Assembly: GCA_002269645.1 (NCBI GenBank)
Contig: NIVC01002469.1
Span: 1 to 61,134 of the forward strand
From: Macrostomum lignano
Taxonomy: Eukaryota
Direction: 5' to 3'
DNA: 61,134 nt
This document shows positions 11,821 through 24,519 of this stretch, in pieces. Under the pieces are notes generated by a model. That model was given only the letters and a program-made list of their open reading frames with translations. It was not told where the DNA came from and did no database searches. The position numbers and the translations under genes were made by a program. Position 1 is the first letter of the stretch. The number at the start of each line of letters is the position of its first letter.

Positions 11821-11989
11821 CAACTGTGGTCAGCAGCATGTTGTCCAGGAACAGCGCTATGAAGACAATCAGCAGGATGAGCTTCCTGGAGTTCCGCATC
11901 CCGGTCAGGTTGTCAAAGGCGTACTGCGCCCGCCCCAGCCAGCTCAGCTTTTTCTCATCGCTGCCGTCCTGGAACTCTCGATAGCCCAT
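11821..11989 (-). CDS. VMAT: VMAT exon 1 (MGYREF...SRKLILLIVFIALFLDNMLLTTV)
   Basis: ATG in ACCATGG context; SRKLIL.IVF.AL.LDNMLLT is the VMAT TM1 signature; GTGAGT donor. Confidence 0.96.
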
Positions 11990-14064
11990 GGTCGCGGGTC
12001 TGTGGGGGTTTGGGGCCCGTTTTCTTCAGACCCTGCTCGACTCCGCTACTTTGTTCTGGCAGATAAACTTTGAGCTTTTTTGACCATTTTCCCCTCGTTC
12101 TCATCTCGCAGTCTTTTGCGCTCTCCAGCCTGCGCTCAGTTTTCTTCTTTCCTTTCTTTACCTTTAGGCCACCTGAGCCCGCCTTCTTTCCCCCGATCTG
12201 CCATTGTGCTCAGCCCCCCCCCACTTGCACCCCAAAGTTGCAGCCTGAGCTGCCGGCAGCACCCCCTCCGCCCCGCCGACATCCGCAGAACATGACCGCC
12301 GGCTTTCATTGGGCTGCACGCCAAGAAATATCGGCGCACGTATTGAGACCTTCTGGGGGCCGCCTTTTTATCTCTGCAGACCCCCGGAGCGCCGCTACCC
12401 GCCTGCTCAGCAGGCCGCTTCCGGTCCAAGTCGCCTGCTCTCCGCGCCCGGTTTCCCGACCAGGCATCCATCATGTTCCAGCGGATTGCAGCCCCGCCAG
12501 GCAGTCATGCGACCCCCAAGCACTGAGAGCAGCGGCTGCTGCACAATAAGAAACTGACGCTCCATCCTCAGGGCTCAGAGTCTGGCACAGACCTACCAGC
12601 CTTCGGCTTTTGAAATTTCTTTCCATTCTCAGCTTTCAATTCTTTTCCGGCGCGGCTCGGCCTGCAAACATCCGCCAGCTCCCCCCCTGGCCCACGGAGC
12701 TGGCCCGGAATCTGGCAGATCATCGCTGGACCGAATGAAGAAGAAATTCAAATTTCAACGATCAGCCTCTCGCCCCGCGGCAGAGGGGCGGGCCCCGAAT
12801 ATCCTCTTAGAAGCAGACTGCTTGAGGATGCTTGAAGAGGAGCGCCAGCATCTCAGCGGCATCAGATGTCAACGGCAGATTTCCGGAGGGTGAGAAGAGG
12901 CTGATGATTTTTCGATTCTCCCCGATGCCAAGGGGATGTCAGCTGCAGGGTCTGGGATCCCCAGCTTCTCCCATTGTCTCTGCATGTACAAGTAGTGGCT
13001 CTCTCTTCATCAATTGATCTCTTCATCAATGCAAAAAAAGTTTGAAATTGTTTTATCCAAGCGCCATCACGGCTTGCACGCAAAGCCGGCGGGTTACCTT
13101 ACTTAGTCGTGTCTCTCGGCTGACGCAGCAAAGCTCCTGGAGACTCTTGTCTTCCGGCGAGGCGAATTTATCTCGGCGAACAACGCTTCGGACCGAGTGA
13201 GCGGCAAAGTCTGCTTCTAGAGGAAAGTTTCAGGCAGCAGCGGTTGCCGCTTATCCTCTCGTTAATAGCTGGATGAAGGGGCCGGGCTGGGGAGTCCGGG
13301 AGGCCCGGCCGGGCCAATCAGATCCCCGGCCCCCGACGGCTAATCCGGCCACCGAATGAGGGGATTAGGGATGCAATTTTCCCGGCTGGCGTCTTCCAGC
13401 GGCGGCTGCGGGGATTTGCCTGTCGGCCGGACGGCCGCGCCGCAACAGCTCGCCGGCTGGCCGGGAATCAGCGGAGCGAGAGGCGCTCCCAATTTCAGCG
13501 GCCGGGGAGTTCAACAAAATGCAGAGTCTGGAGTGGCGACACAAACTGATGAAGCATGTCAGCTGCCTTCAGGCCTGTCTTTGCAGCTCTGGATTCACGA
13601 AAACTTTAACAAGTAGTGGATCTGCTTATAGATGAATTGTTTTCTGCTTTCAGAGGCTTCAGAGATCCTAGGTTCGATTCCAGGTGTAGCGATAGCTATT
13701 GTAGTAGGAAAGTGTGCAGTTTAGCTTCTTTCCTCGGGTTTGCCAATTCGATTTTCAATTTAATAAAACAAACCTTGGTTTCCATTTCAGAGTTTGAAAT
13801 TTGAGCTCCGCGGCTGAGCAAAATTAATCGAGTTCCTGTGATTCTGCTGGACTGAGAACTCCAATTTCCCGACCTGTTCGCTTCAGCGGCCAGTGAAGTC
13901 ATTTTGAACTGCCAGATTGGTTAACAACATCCAGGATCCATCAAAATGGTGGGTGGGATAAAAATACTTCCTGGGAAAAAAACAGATCTAACTAATTTGT
14001 TTGCACTGGGCTGTGGGCGCTGCCGCAAACCAAGGCGTGCCCATTCCGCTGACCCCTGAGCACG

Positions 14065-14495
14065 CACACTGATGTACACAGCATGTACACTGATGTACAC
14101 AGCATGTACACAATGTACACAGTGTGTACACGATGTACACAGTGTGTAAACGATGTACACAGTATGTACACGGATGTACACAGCACGCACACTGATGTAC
14201 ACAGCATGTACACTGATGTACACAGCATGTACACTGATGTACACAGCATGTAAACTGATGTACACAGCATGTACACAATGTACACAGTATGTACACGATG
14301 TACACAGTATGTACACGGATGTACACAGCACGCACACGGATGTACACAGCATGTACACGGATGAATCCGGCATGAACACGGATGTACACAGCATGTACAC
14401 GGATGAATCCGGCATGAACACGGATGTACACAGCATGTACGCGGATGCACACAGCATGTACACTGATGTACACGGCATGTACACGGATGTACACA
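14065..14495. repeat. Degenerate GATGTACACAGCAT minisatellite
   Basis: Direct. Confidence 0.92.
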
Positions 14496-15247
14496 ACAAC
14501 CCCCAAGCCAATTTTCGTACACAAGCCCCCAAGTCATTGCAGCCGCGCACGGAATCGAGCCGCTGAGCTGCTGATTTCGAATCCACTCAGGCCTCAAAAC
14601 CAGCTTGATCGGTAATCAATCAAGTTAAGTCGCAGATTTTCTTGCAGCAGAATTTATTATACATAAAAATCGACAGCCGCGGCCTGAATGGCGGACTTGA
14701 AGCGGCGAGGCGTCCCCAGCACTCAAACACGAGAGATTTCTGTAAATAGATTGAGTAGCTATTGATGGAGCTGTGATGCTGCTGACACCTGGGGATTATC
14801 GATGTCCCCAATCCCGGATAGGTCAATTAGCGAGTGGGGTCACCGCAATTCCATGCGTCAGTCGCTGAGAGCAGTTGTAACAGCTGCGATAATACAGCGA
14901 TTTCTTCTTTAGCAAATTTTAGCTCCATTTGAAAGAAGCGACAAAACGGCAGCTAAGTTGACAGGCCTAATTATTAATTTCGATACCCATGGGCGCAATT
15001 ATTGCGCAATGCGCAGCCTACTAAACACAGACAGGACAGGAAGCTTCGAACTGTGTATTTATCGTATTACAGAGTGCATTTCAAACTGCCTGCAAATGTG
15101 GTGCTCCGGTACTTTTGGGGGACGTTTAATAAGTTTTATAATTACAGTGTAAAATATAGAAAATCAATTACAGATATGTTGTGCGTATGGGCTGAAATAA
15201 AACAAATGGTTCCAAATTAGCAGCGGAGGTACGCTCGAATTTCCTGG

Positions 15248-16093
15248 TCACTTCTCGTACAGCAGCTTCTTCTCCCATTCCGAGCGCCTGCGGTCGCCCG
15301 CCCGCTGCTGCCGGGTGCCCGACACCAGCTGGCGCAGCAGCTGCCGGTAGCGCTCGGGGATCTGGCCCCGCTGGCAGTGCGCCAACAGCCGGGCCGCGCT
15401 AGGCGACGGGTTGGCCGCGATAGTCGCGGCGACGTCCTCATCGGTGGCTGGCGCAGCCGCCGCGGCGCCTCCTCCAGGCGGGTGCAGAGTGCGCAGCATA
15501 TCGCTGAGGCGCTGCATCATCTGCTCTACCACGGCCTTGTTGTCCACGGAGTCGACCGGTGGCCGCCGTTGCGACAGCAGCACCCGCTGCTCAGCGGCCT
15601 GTCTGCGGCTCTGCGGCTGGCCCAGCTTTCTGGCCACCGCCGGGATCGCTAGCAGAGTGGCCGAAGTCTCCGCGTCTCGCTCAGTTGTTGGCTTGGATGC
15701 GGATGCGATTGGCGTCGCGGTTGGCTGCTGCTGCTGCGATGGTGGCTTCGGCGAAGGCGGCTTTGGCAGAGACGAAGGAGATGACGATGGAATCTCATCC
15801 CTGCTTGAACTGCCGGCCTCTATTGACTTCCAACGATGTCCGTCACCGGTTGGGGATGCCTTTGCTGGCTTAGCTGCCTCAGCCTCCTTGGTTTCACTTG
15901 ATACCACGGCCACCTCTTCGACTTCACCGGTCTTCTCTGGCGCGTCACCAACAACCTCCTCTAGGATAGCATCAAAGTCCTCCGGCGGGCAGCTGGAATG
16001 ACGTAGCTGCCGCCTTTTCATGAACGTCACTTTTTTTCTTGGCTTGCCTGTCTGCTTTCTGCTTCGCATTTTCTGCTGTTGCTTCTGCTTGCT
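15248..16093 (-). CDS. Unknown low-complexity protein, terminal (possibly only) coding exon; first in-exon ATG at 16069 gives 273 aa
   Basis: 846-nt open frame in a GC-rich island between AT-rich flanks; TTTGCAG acceptor at 16094-95; family not recognised. Confidence 0.6.
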   Translation of the reverse strand, partial: SKQKQQQKMRSRKQTGKPRKKVTFMKRRQLRHSSCPPEDFDAILEEVVGDAPEKTGEVEEVAVVSSETKEAEAAKPAKASPTGDGHRWKSIEAGSSSRDEIPSSSPSSLPKPPSPKPPSQQQQPTATPIASASKPTTERDAETSATLLAIPAVARKLGQPQSRRQAAEQRVLLSQRRPPVDSVDNKAVVEQMMQRLSDMLRTLHPPGGGAAAAAPATDEDVAATIAANPSPSAARLLAHCQRGQIPERYRQLLRQLVSGTRQQRAGDRRRSEWEKKLLYEK

Positions 16094-17951
16094 CTGCAAA
16101 GTATAGATAGCGCAGCCTAATCAGTTTTACACTTTGTGAGTTCAATTATTATTAGAAACAGAAAGTTTGCTTTATTTTTGCTTTTGTCTGTGGGAAGATC
16201 GAGTATATCAATTAACAAACAGCTAGGTGACGTTCGAATTTAAAGGCGACTTTTTAGATATTTTTAGAACTCCCTGAATTAAAAGTTTGATCTAAAAATT
16301 ATAGGACACCCACCATTTGAGCTTTTCTAGTGTTTGCTCGCCCCATTTTTTGCTAATTTTACGCATTCGTAGCACTGCTTTGTAAAGTATTTACTCGTAT
16401 ATATAGACTCGAACGTCCAAATAAAGTTCTACCAATGGCAATTTTAGTAAAATTAATTTATCATATGTTGACCGGAAAGATGAACTTCAATGATTATATT
16501 TATATATATTCAATTACAGTCCCCAAAACGCATTTTTATGTTTTGCTTCCGGTCACGATATAATATTGTCTAAAACTACTTCCATATGACTAGCCTATAA
16601 AGATAAGCGGCTGTGGTTTGTTTCAAGTCGAGATAATTATTTGTTCAGACTCGTCATTTGCGTTTCATTCGGAAAGACATTTTGTTTCACTGCTGAAACA
16701 AATGTACTCGATAGCGTTTACGCGATTTTTAACATCGCTTTTTTAAATTGTATATTTTTACTTCGTGCTCGGTCCCACTAATGTCCTTCGCAATCAAACT
16801 TTGGATTGGATACTGATCAAGCAAACTATTAGAATCACAAGTTAGCAGAGGCACAGGCATTATAATTATACTTAGACCTTTATCATAAAAACTGCTACTG
16901 ACATCAAAAGTACTACTGACTACGTTTACGATCGGTATTTTCGGGATGTAGTGAGTGTCCATGTTTTGAAGACTGCATGCACAGGTATGTATTATTAGTG
17001 TATTACTACTTTACAAGTAAACCTAACATAACAAAGTTGGCCAGTTATATTGTTGCAGATATTTGCTGAGTTTTTAACAGAATGAGAATATAAGTCTCGC
17101 CCAAAAAGGCGCCAACGAATAATGAGTAACAAGTGAACTAGGCAAAGTAGCAAAAAATTAAGATATTAATTAAACCCTACTGAGACTTAAAAACTATAGT
17201 AGTGAACAAGCAAAATATATCGGTATACCAATCAATAATTTTTTGTAATGAAATTTATCTTATCTTTTTTTCTGACACTGTATTTACTATCAGTTTCGAT
17301 TATGCTTCAACTTAAATTAGTAAGTATATACTGAGATTTGAGCAATATAGCAATATATTATTATTAGATTCAAATAATAGTTGGATTTGGTTAATTTACA
17401 AAGAAATTTGAAATTAGTTAGAAAACTTCATTTGTTTTTTGCAGTAATTTCTGAGGACATGTGGATCTGTTATGCTCTACTAATTAATGCATTGAAGAAT
17501 GTGCTGCTACTGCCATTTATGCCATGCAATGTATTTAAGAAATTATTGCACTTAAAAGTATATAAGTATTTTTTCTGTTCACTAGATTGAAGTTAAAAAA
17601 CAAACAGTGAGTTTATTTAAGATCATTCGTAGAAATTATATTGAATTATCAGTTATATATTAGCATAATTAAACCAAAGCATATGATTTTTCTGTATATT
17701 TTCAAACAATTTACAAGCCACTGCATTACAAAAAAATATTGAGCGCAAGATTTTTGAATATAAACTTTTTAAAGTTTACTGGTAATTTTATCTGTGATTT
17801 TTAAAAATATAATTATTTTGTCTTTTATCCTGCTTTATTAGTATGACTTCCATTTTTATTGAGTGAAGATTACAATATGTCAGTGTTAAATATTAATTAG
17901 TTACTCAAAACAGTTAAGTACATTTTTATTTATGACAATAAATAGTCACAG

Positions 17952-19094
17952 GTGCTCCCTCCGCAATCCGCAGCCCGCAGGTGGGCCGCCCCGTGCCCAG
18001 CTAGACAGTGGCGGGGCTGCAGCACCCGGTGACGGCATCGTCGGCGGCAGCGGCAGCAGCCACCCCGCCTTGTCGTCGGCACCACCGGCGAGCTGCACAG
18101 CCGCGCCTCCATCGCCAGCAATCAGCAAACGCCAGAGAAGAGTCTGAAGATGTCGAACCCTCCGACGCTGACGGGTCGGGCTTCATCACTATCAGCTTCC
18201 TGTCTGACAAGGACCGGACGGAGTCCGTGGCGCTGGTGCGGCAGCACGGCTGCTCCAGGGCGCGGAGACCGCAGGATTCTTCGAGTCCGGCTGAGCGGTA
18301 CCGGCAGAAGTGAGTCGGCGGTTCAGGGGATCTGGCTGGTCTAGGTTGTAAATGACAGCTCTAAGGCTGGGATTGAGATCCTCAGAGTCTGGGATTGTGA
18401 TCACCACAGCCTGGGATTGTGATCCCCACAGTCATGGGGATTATGATCCTCACAGTCATGGGGATTATGATCCTCACAGTCATGGGGATTATGATCCTCA
18501 TAGTCATGAGGATTATGATCCTCATAGTCATGGGGATTTTGATCCTCACAGTCTGGGGATTGGGGATTGTGATCCCCACAGTCTGGGGATTGGGGATTAT
18601 GATCCCCACAGTCTGGGGATTGTGATCCTCACAGTCATGGGGATTGTGATCCTCACAGTCATGGGGATTGTGATCCTCACAGTCATGGGGATTGTGATAC
18701 TCACAGTCATGGGGATTGTGATCCTCACAGTCATGGGGATTGTGATCCTCACAGTCATGGGGATTGTGATCCTCACAGTCATGGGGATTGTGATACTCAC
18801 AGTCATGAGGATTGTGATACTCAGCAGTCAGTGAATTTTATTATTCGCTGTCAGCGTGACATAGGAGACCATATCAGCATCGCACAGACCGAAAGTCCAT
18901 GCTCGGACAGCTCAGTCTCCGACAGGTCTTCATCAGCCCGCAGAAGGGCTCGCTTGCACAGAGAGCCAACTAAATTTATAAAAAATCTCTCTACTCTACA
19001 GGCGTACGGCTGTGAAACTGCAAGAGTCTCCAGCAGCTCTGCGGCAGGAGCAGCCGCAGCAGCAAGCAGCCGCTCTGTCCCGCTCGTGTCCAAG
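17952..19094 (+). CDS. Candidate 5' exons of the Slp/SYTL-like gene (17952-18309, 18888-18925, 19002-19094)
   Basis: GC-rich islands with CAG acceptors and GT donors; weak resemblance to a Slp homology domain; no single frame is open across the whole first exon. Confidence 0.25.
18365..18830. repeat. 24-bp minisatellite GGGATTGTGATCCTCACAGTCATG
   Basis: Direct. Confidence 0.95.
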
Positions 19095-19136
19095 GTGCTA
19101 ATCCCACCCTTATCTAGATCCCTAAAGAGATCCCTA

Positions 19137-19156
19137 GATAGATAGATAGATAGATT

Positions 19157-19243
<87 letters not shown>
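19137..19243. repeat. (GATA)n microsatellite
   Basis: Direct. Confidence 0.97.
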
Positions 19244-19245
<2 letters not shown>

Positions 19246-20079
19246 ATATCGATTACAGCACTGGGCAGAGCTGTATATAGTCCTTGAAGATAGTCTTTAA
19301 AACAGAGACACCACCCAAGGACTTCTCAATCACTCAGGACGGGAAACTTGCAAATCACGGGGGAAAAGTCTGAGGATCTATTAAAAGCATTTGCTATGAT
19401 GTAAGCCTTAAAAAGACTCCATGTAGTAGAGCTTAACTTTTCATCGATTTCTCATAAATTAAAAAAGCACAATAATGCAGTCGAACCGGACAACGTCAAA
19501 AAAGAGACTAAAAAGAGCAGCAGAAAAGAAATGTTTTGCTTTTGCTTTTGCAAGAAGCGGTAGATAAATTGTAGATGTTTTCTTTCGGTATGAGCTACGA
19601 GTATTTTGGGACAAACCGTTATACTCGTATGTAGCAAGAGATCTATTGGCGAAGGTAATCCTATGTTTATTAGAATGTTCTGTGTCTCACCGATCGTATC
19701 GTGGAGCTATCCCAATTGTTTTTTATTCGCGCCCTCTTCCTGACGTGTGCACCCCAAAACTCTCTGATTTACACCCTGTTGTGACCAGCCTTGCACTTTT
19801 ACCAGCAAACCAGTGTGCTGCCCCCACTTGAGTAAACAGATTCCTAACTCACGCTTGCTTTTGTGTTTTCCCACTGCCAAACTGACGCCTAGAAGTCTGT
19901 GTGCTTTTTGTATTCGTATCTGCCAGCATAAGGGGCTCCTCTGATTGCCGTGCTCTGCGATGCTCAATGCCAGACTTTATTCGGAGTCCAGGTGGCTCAG
20001 GTAAGTCTCACCGCATTCCCGTCCCCCTGCTTTTATTGTTTTCTTTAACACTTGCTATACCATGATTTCTCTCTCCTCT

Positions 20080-21000
20080 ATATCCATATTCTCCCTCTCT
20101 CTCCTCCCTCACCCCTCTCTCTCATCAATCATCCCCTCTCTCTCATCCCTCACCCCTCTCTCTCATCCATCATCCCCTCTCTATCATCCCTCACCCCCTA
20201 TCTCTCATCCCTCACCCCCTCTCTCTCATCCCTCACCCCCTCTCTCTCATCCCTCACCCCCTCTCTCTCATCCCTCACCCCCTCTCTCTCATCCTTCACC
20301 CCTCTCTCTCATCCCTCACCCCCTATCTCTCATCCCTCACCCCCTCTCTCTCATCCCTCACCCCCTCCCTCACTCACTCTCTCTTATCCCTCACCCCTCT
20401 CTCTCATCCCTCACCCCCCTCTCTCATCCCTCACCCCCTCTCTCTCATCCCTCACCCCACTCCCTCAACCCCCTCTCTCATCCCCTCTCTCATCCCTCAC
20501 CCCCTCTCTCTCATCCCTCACCCCTCCCTCACTCAGAGTCTCTCTCATCCCTCACCCCCTCCCTCACTCACTCTCTCTCATCCCTCACCCCCTCCCTCAC
20601 TCACTCTCTCTCATCCCTCACCCCCTCCCTCTCATCCCTCACCCCCTCTCTCTCCTCCCTCCACCCCATCCCTCACCCCCTCCCTTACCCCCTCTCTCCT
20701 CCCTCACCCCTCTCTCTCTCACCCTTCACCCCCTCTCTCTTTCTCATCCCTCATCCCTCACCCCCTCCTTCACCCCTCTATCTCCTCCCTCACCCCACTC
20801 CCTCAACCCCCTCGCTCATCCCCTCTCTCCTATTCTTCATCCTCTCTTCATTCCCCTCTCTCTCCTCCCTCAATATCTCTCCCCTATATCCTCTCTCCCG
20901 CTAACTCCTCTCCTCCTTTCCTCCTCTCACTCATCTCACTCCTCTATCTTCTTCTACCTCTCCTCTATCTCCCCCTTTCTTCTTTTCCTTTTCTCCATCT
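20080..21000. repeat. CT-rich degenerate minisatellite (CTCTCTCATCCCTCACCCC)
   Basis: Direct. Confidence 0.92.
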
Positions 21001-21799
21001 CTTAATCTCCCCTTTCTTGCTCACCTCTCCACTGTGCTGGCGATCTCAATGCCTATATTTAGCCGTTAGCTTGGGATCCGATTCGCAAACAGAGCCCTTT
21101 AAAGAATCTTGACTCCGCTTCCGTCAGGACTCAATCCGCGCCCCTCCTGGCCAGCCCTGCCGAATCGGCCAGATCATCGGCCAGGTGTCCGACTCGCCCC
21201 AGGTCTCTTCCATTTCTTAGCGATTCACCCACCACCTCCCCTCCCTGCCCGTTGCTCCAAGCGAGGCCGAGGATGCCAGAAGCCCCCCCCATTAAATTCA
21301 ATTCCGCTCACTGCAACCTCGGCTCAGCGATCGGCCACCTCCGCTCTCCCTTGCCTGCCCCGCTCTCCCCTACTGCTGGCCTCAGCCTCCCTCATCCCCA
21401 CACCGCCCCAGCATCTCTCCGGCATCGCCTATCCGTTCTCAAACTGTTTTTCTCCCCGTCTCTCTTCCTCCCAGGCCGTCGGAGCCAGCCAGTACTGGGC
21501 CGATTGCCCCAAATCCGCTGAAGCCCCCCCCCGCCACCCAGAATCTGCAGCAGGCGAAGGGCTCGCATCTTCGATTCCCGCCCAATGCTGTGTACGGACC
21601 GGCCCGCCGCTTCCTCATTAATAATTCATTAGCTTGCTGCCGTTAGAACTATAGATATGCGAAAATTTGATGCAGAATGCCGGATAGAAACAATTTATGA
21701 GGCTTCTGCCCCGTTTTAGGTTGCTTAAATAACAAAATTGTACTTGAGTGGCATTTTCAAGTTCTAACTCTACTGGTTAACTTTTTCCGCACTATCATA

Positions 21800-22060
21800 A
21801 TATATAGCAATCCACTCTATTCCTTAATCCATGTAGGCTAGATTAGCAATCCATTCAATTCCTTAACAAATTTGGGTTACATTAGCAATCCATTATATTT
21901 ATTAAATCCATGAAGGCTAGATTAGCAATCCATTGGGTATTCCTTACTCTAATTCAATGTAGGCTAGATTAGCAATCCACTCTATTCATTAATTCATGTA
22001 GGCTAGATTAGCAATCCATTCTATTCACTAATCCAATGAAGTCAGATTAGCAATCCATTA
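21800..22060. repeat. ~40-bp AT-rich tandem repeat (..ATGTAGGCTAGATTAGCAATCCA..)
   Basis: About 7 imperfect copies. Confidence 0.85.
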
Positions 22061-22498
22061 TGATCACGCAGAAAATATCAATCATTTAATCCTGAGCACT
22101 CTTTAATCTGCAGGCAGCTTAATCCCCAGCCTCCCCACCTGTTCCAGCCGCTCTCTGCTGAGTCTCTGCAGCCCCGACAGAGAACGATTGAGGGGGGGGG
22201 CAGCTATCCCTCTTTCCCTCTCTGATCCCGGGGTGCGGGCAGACGGAGCAAGGAAGGGATTTATGATGATCATCAGTACAGCTGCTGTCGCTGCTCAGCG
22301 CCCCATCTCAGCATCCAGGCCGGCATCACCCACTCTGAGTCGTCCTTAGTTTATTCTAAAATCCGCGCAGGAGCCTCAGGACAGCTGGGAGAGTTGGCGA
22401 GCGTGGCCCCATCCTCCCAGCCTCATGATTGCCGGGGTAGAGAAATATTTCAATTAAGTCAGAAAATTGTCGCATAAAACGGAACATTCCGGTTAATA

Positions 22499-23804
22499 CG
22501 AGGGGCACTAGATAAGTTTTTAGCTGCGGTCAAACCGTTTATTCAAATTAGGCCATATTTTCTGAGCATATTGAATAAGAAGTTTTATCATGGTCCCCAA
22601 AGTTTCATGCACCTAATTGTCACCATTCTCTCACTGTCGCATTTTGTCTCAACAAGGTCTGTGACTCTTTCAGCACTGTAATGGAGCTCAATCGTGAACA
22701 CTTTCGTGCCATGATTTTCTACGATTTTAAGAGCGGCTTGACATTTCACCAGTGCCACGAGCGGCTGTCTGCTGCCTTTCCTAACCTTGCGCCATCCATC
22801 GCCACCGTCACCGCCTGGTTCCGGGAGTTCAAGCGTGGCCGAGACAGCTTGGAAGACGAAGGTCGAACCGGCCGACCTGTTTCATTGACGACACCTGAAA
22901 CTATCGACCGCGTGCGGCGCATGATTGAGGCTGATCGGCGAGTGACGTATCAAACGATTGAGGCATGTCTTGGAATCTCATCGCCGACAGTCGCTTCTAT
23001 CCTTCGTGATCACCTCGCTGTCCGCAAGCTGACCAGTCGCTGGGTGCCGCATTTGCTCACCACCGAGCAGAAGCAGGCCCGCATGAGCTGGTGCCAGGAA
23101 ATGCTGGACAGGTTTGGCGGAGGGACGTCGAAGTCTGTCACAGACATTGTCACATGTGACGAAACGTGGGTGTATTGCTACGAACCCGAGCGGAAATGCC
23201 AGTCGCGTGTGTGGGCTTTTGAAGATGAAGCCCCGCCGACCAAGGTTGTCAGGGGTCGGAGCACTGGCAAGCAAATGGTGGCAACTTTCTTCCGAAAGAC
23301 TGGCCACATTGCGACTGTAGCACTCGAGAGCCAGCGCACAGTGACTGCAGATTGGTACTGCACCGTCTGCCTGCCGCGTGTCATCAGCAGCCTTAAAGAG
23401 GCGCGGCCAAAGTGCGGCGTTCGAGGTCTCTGGCTGCACCAGGACAACGCCAGTGCGCACACGGCGAATCGAACTCGAGAGTTTCTACAGACGGTGGGCT
23501 TCCAGCAGCTCAGTCATCCACCATATTCACCTGACCTGGCACCGTGTGACTTTTTTTTATTTCCATTCATCAAGAATTCCATGCGAGGGTGCCGATTTTC
23601 CTCCGCCGAAGAGGCTGTTGATGCCTATAGATCGGCCGTTGAGGGGGTATCCCACTCAGAGTGGCGCCACTGCTTTGAAACTTGGTTTGAGCGGATGAGG
23701 CGGTGTATCCAAGCTGATGGAGAGTACTTTGAAAAGCTCTGAAAGTTTCATCTTTATAACTGTTACATGTTGACCGCAGCTAGAAACTTATCTAGTGCCC
23801 CTCG
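22499..23804 (+). mobile_element. Full-length mariner DNA transposon, 1306 bp
   Basis: 35-bp TIRs CGAGGGGCACTAGATAAGTTT(T/C)TAGCTGCGGTCAA (22499-22533 and 23770-23804, 1 mismatch), TA on both sides, single internal transposase ORF. Confidence 0.98.
22681..23742 (+). CDS. Mariner transposase, D,D34D, 353 aa
   Basis: WVPHLL, VTCDETW, LHQDNA, YSPDLAPCDF motifs; 34 residues between second and third Asp; N-terminal HTH region. Confidence 0.98.
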   Translation: MELNREHFRAMIFYDFKSGLTFHQCHERLSAAFPNLAPSIATVTAWFREFKRGRDSLEDEGRTGRPVSLTTPETIDRVRRMIEADRRVTYQTIEACLGISSPTVASILRDHLAVRKLTSRWVPHLLTTEQKQARMSWCQEMLDRFGGGTSKSVTDIVTCDETWVYCYEPERKCQSRVWAFEDEAPPTKVVRGRSTGKQMVATFFRKTGHIATVALESQRTVTADWYCTVCLPRVISSLKEARPKCGVRGLWLHQDNASAHTANRTREFLQTVGFQQLSHPPYSPDLAPCDFFLFPFIKNSMRGCRFSSAEEAVDAYRSAVEGVSHSEWRHCFETWFERMRRCIQADGEYFEKL

Positions 23805-23950
23805 TAACGGCTGCCGCGCTTGAAATTTATAGTTGCTCTCCACTTTGGCTTGAGCTGGCAAAGCTGTTTCTTGCGAGGAGCCCGCTGTGACTAACTTGCT
23901 CTGCCTTATTCTCCTGTGCTCATTTTGCCGCGCCTTTGCCTTCATTCCAG

Positions 23951-24087
23951 ACTATGCGACGATGCCTCAAGTCGATGGCTGAGTCTGAGGCGGCTTCATC
24001 AGTTGAAGAGTACAGAGAGTGCGGATCAGCAGCAACAGCAACTTCGTAATAGAGACTTTTTGAGCTCGCTGATTGACAAGCTTTCTG
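23951..24087 (+). CDS. Slp/SYTL-like gene internal exon (LCDDASSRW...FLSSLIDKLS)
   Basis: TTCCAG acceptor, GTGAGA donor; phase compatible with the next exon. Confidence 0.6.
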
Positions 24088-24098
24088 GTGAGAGACCA

Positions 24099-24519
<421 letters not shown>

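Noticed and set aside
13660-13690. B-box-like GGTTCGATTCC (also GAGTTCGAATCC at ~53905-53916, minus)
   Set aside because: No cloverleaf, A box or SINE body nearby; not called as tRNA.
12070-13900. Short ORFs in the GC-rich region upstream of VMAT
   Set aside because: No homology or splice chain; probably promoter or 5'UTR sequence.
19974-22435. Possible further Slp exons (27-nt microexon 19974-20000; stretches near 21476 and 22370)
   Set aside because: Plausible splice signals, but I could not chain the phases to exon 23951 without transcript data.
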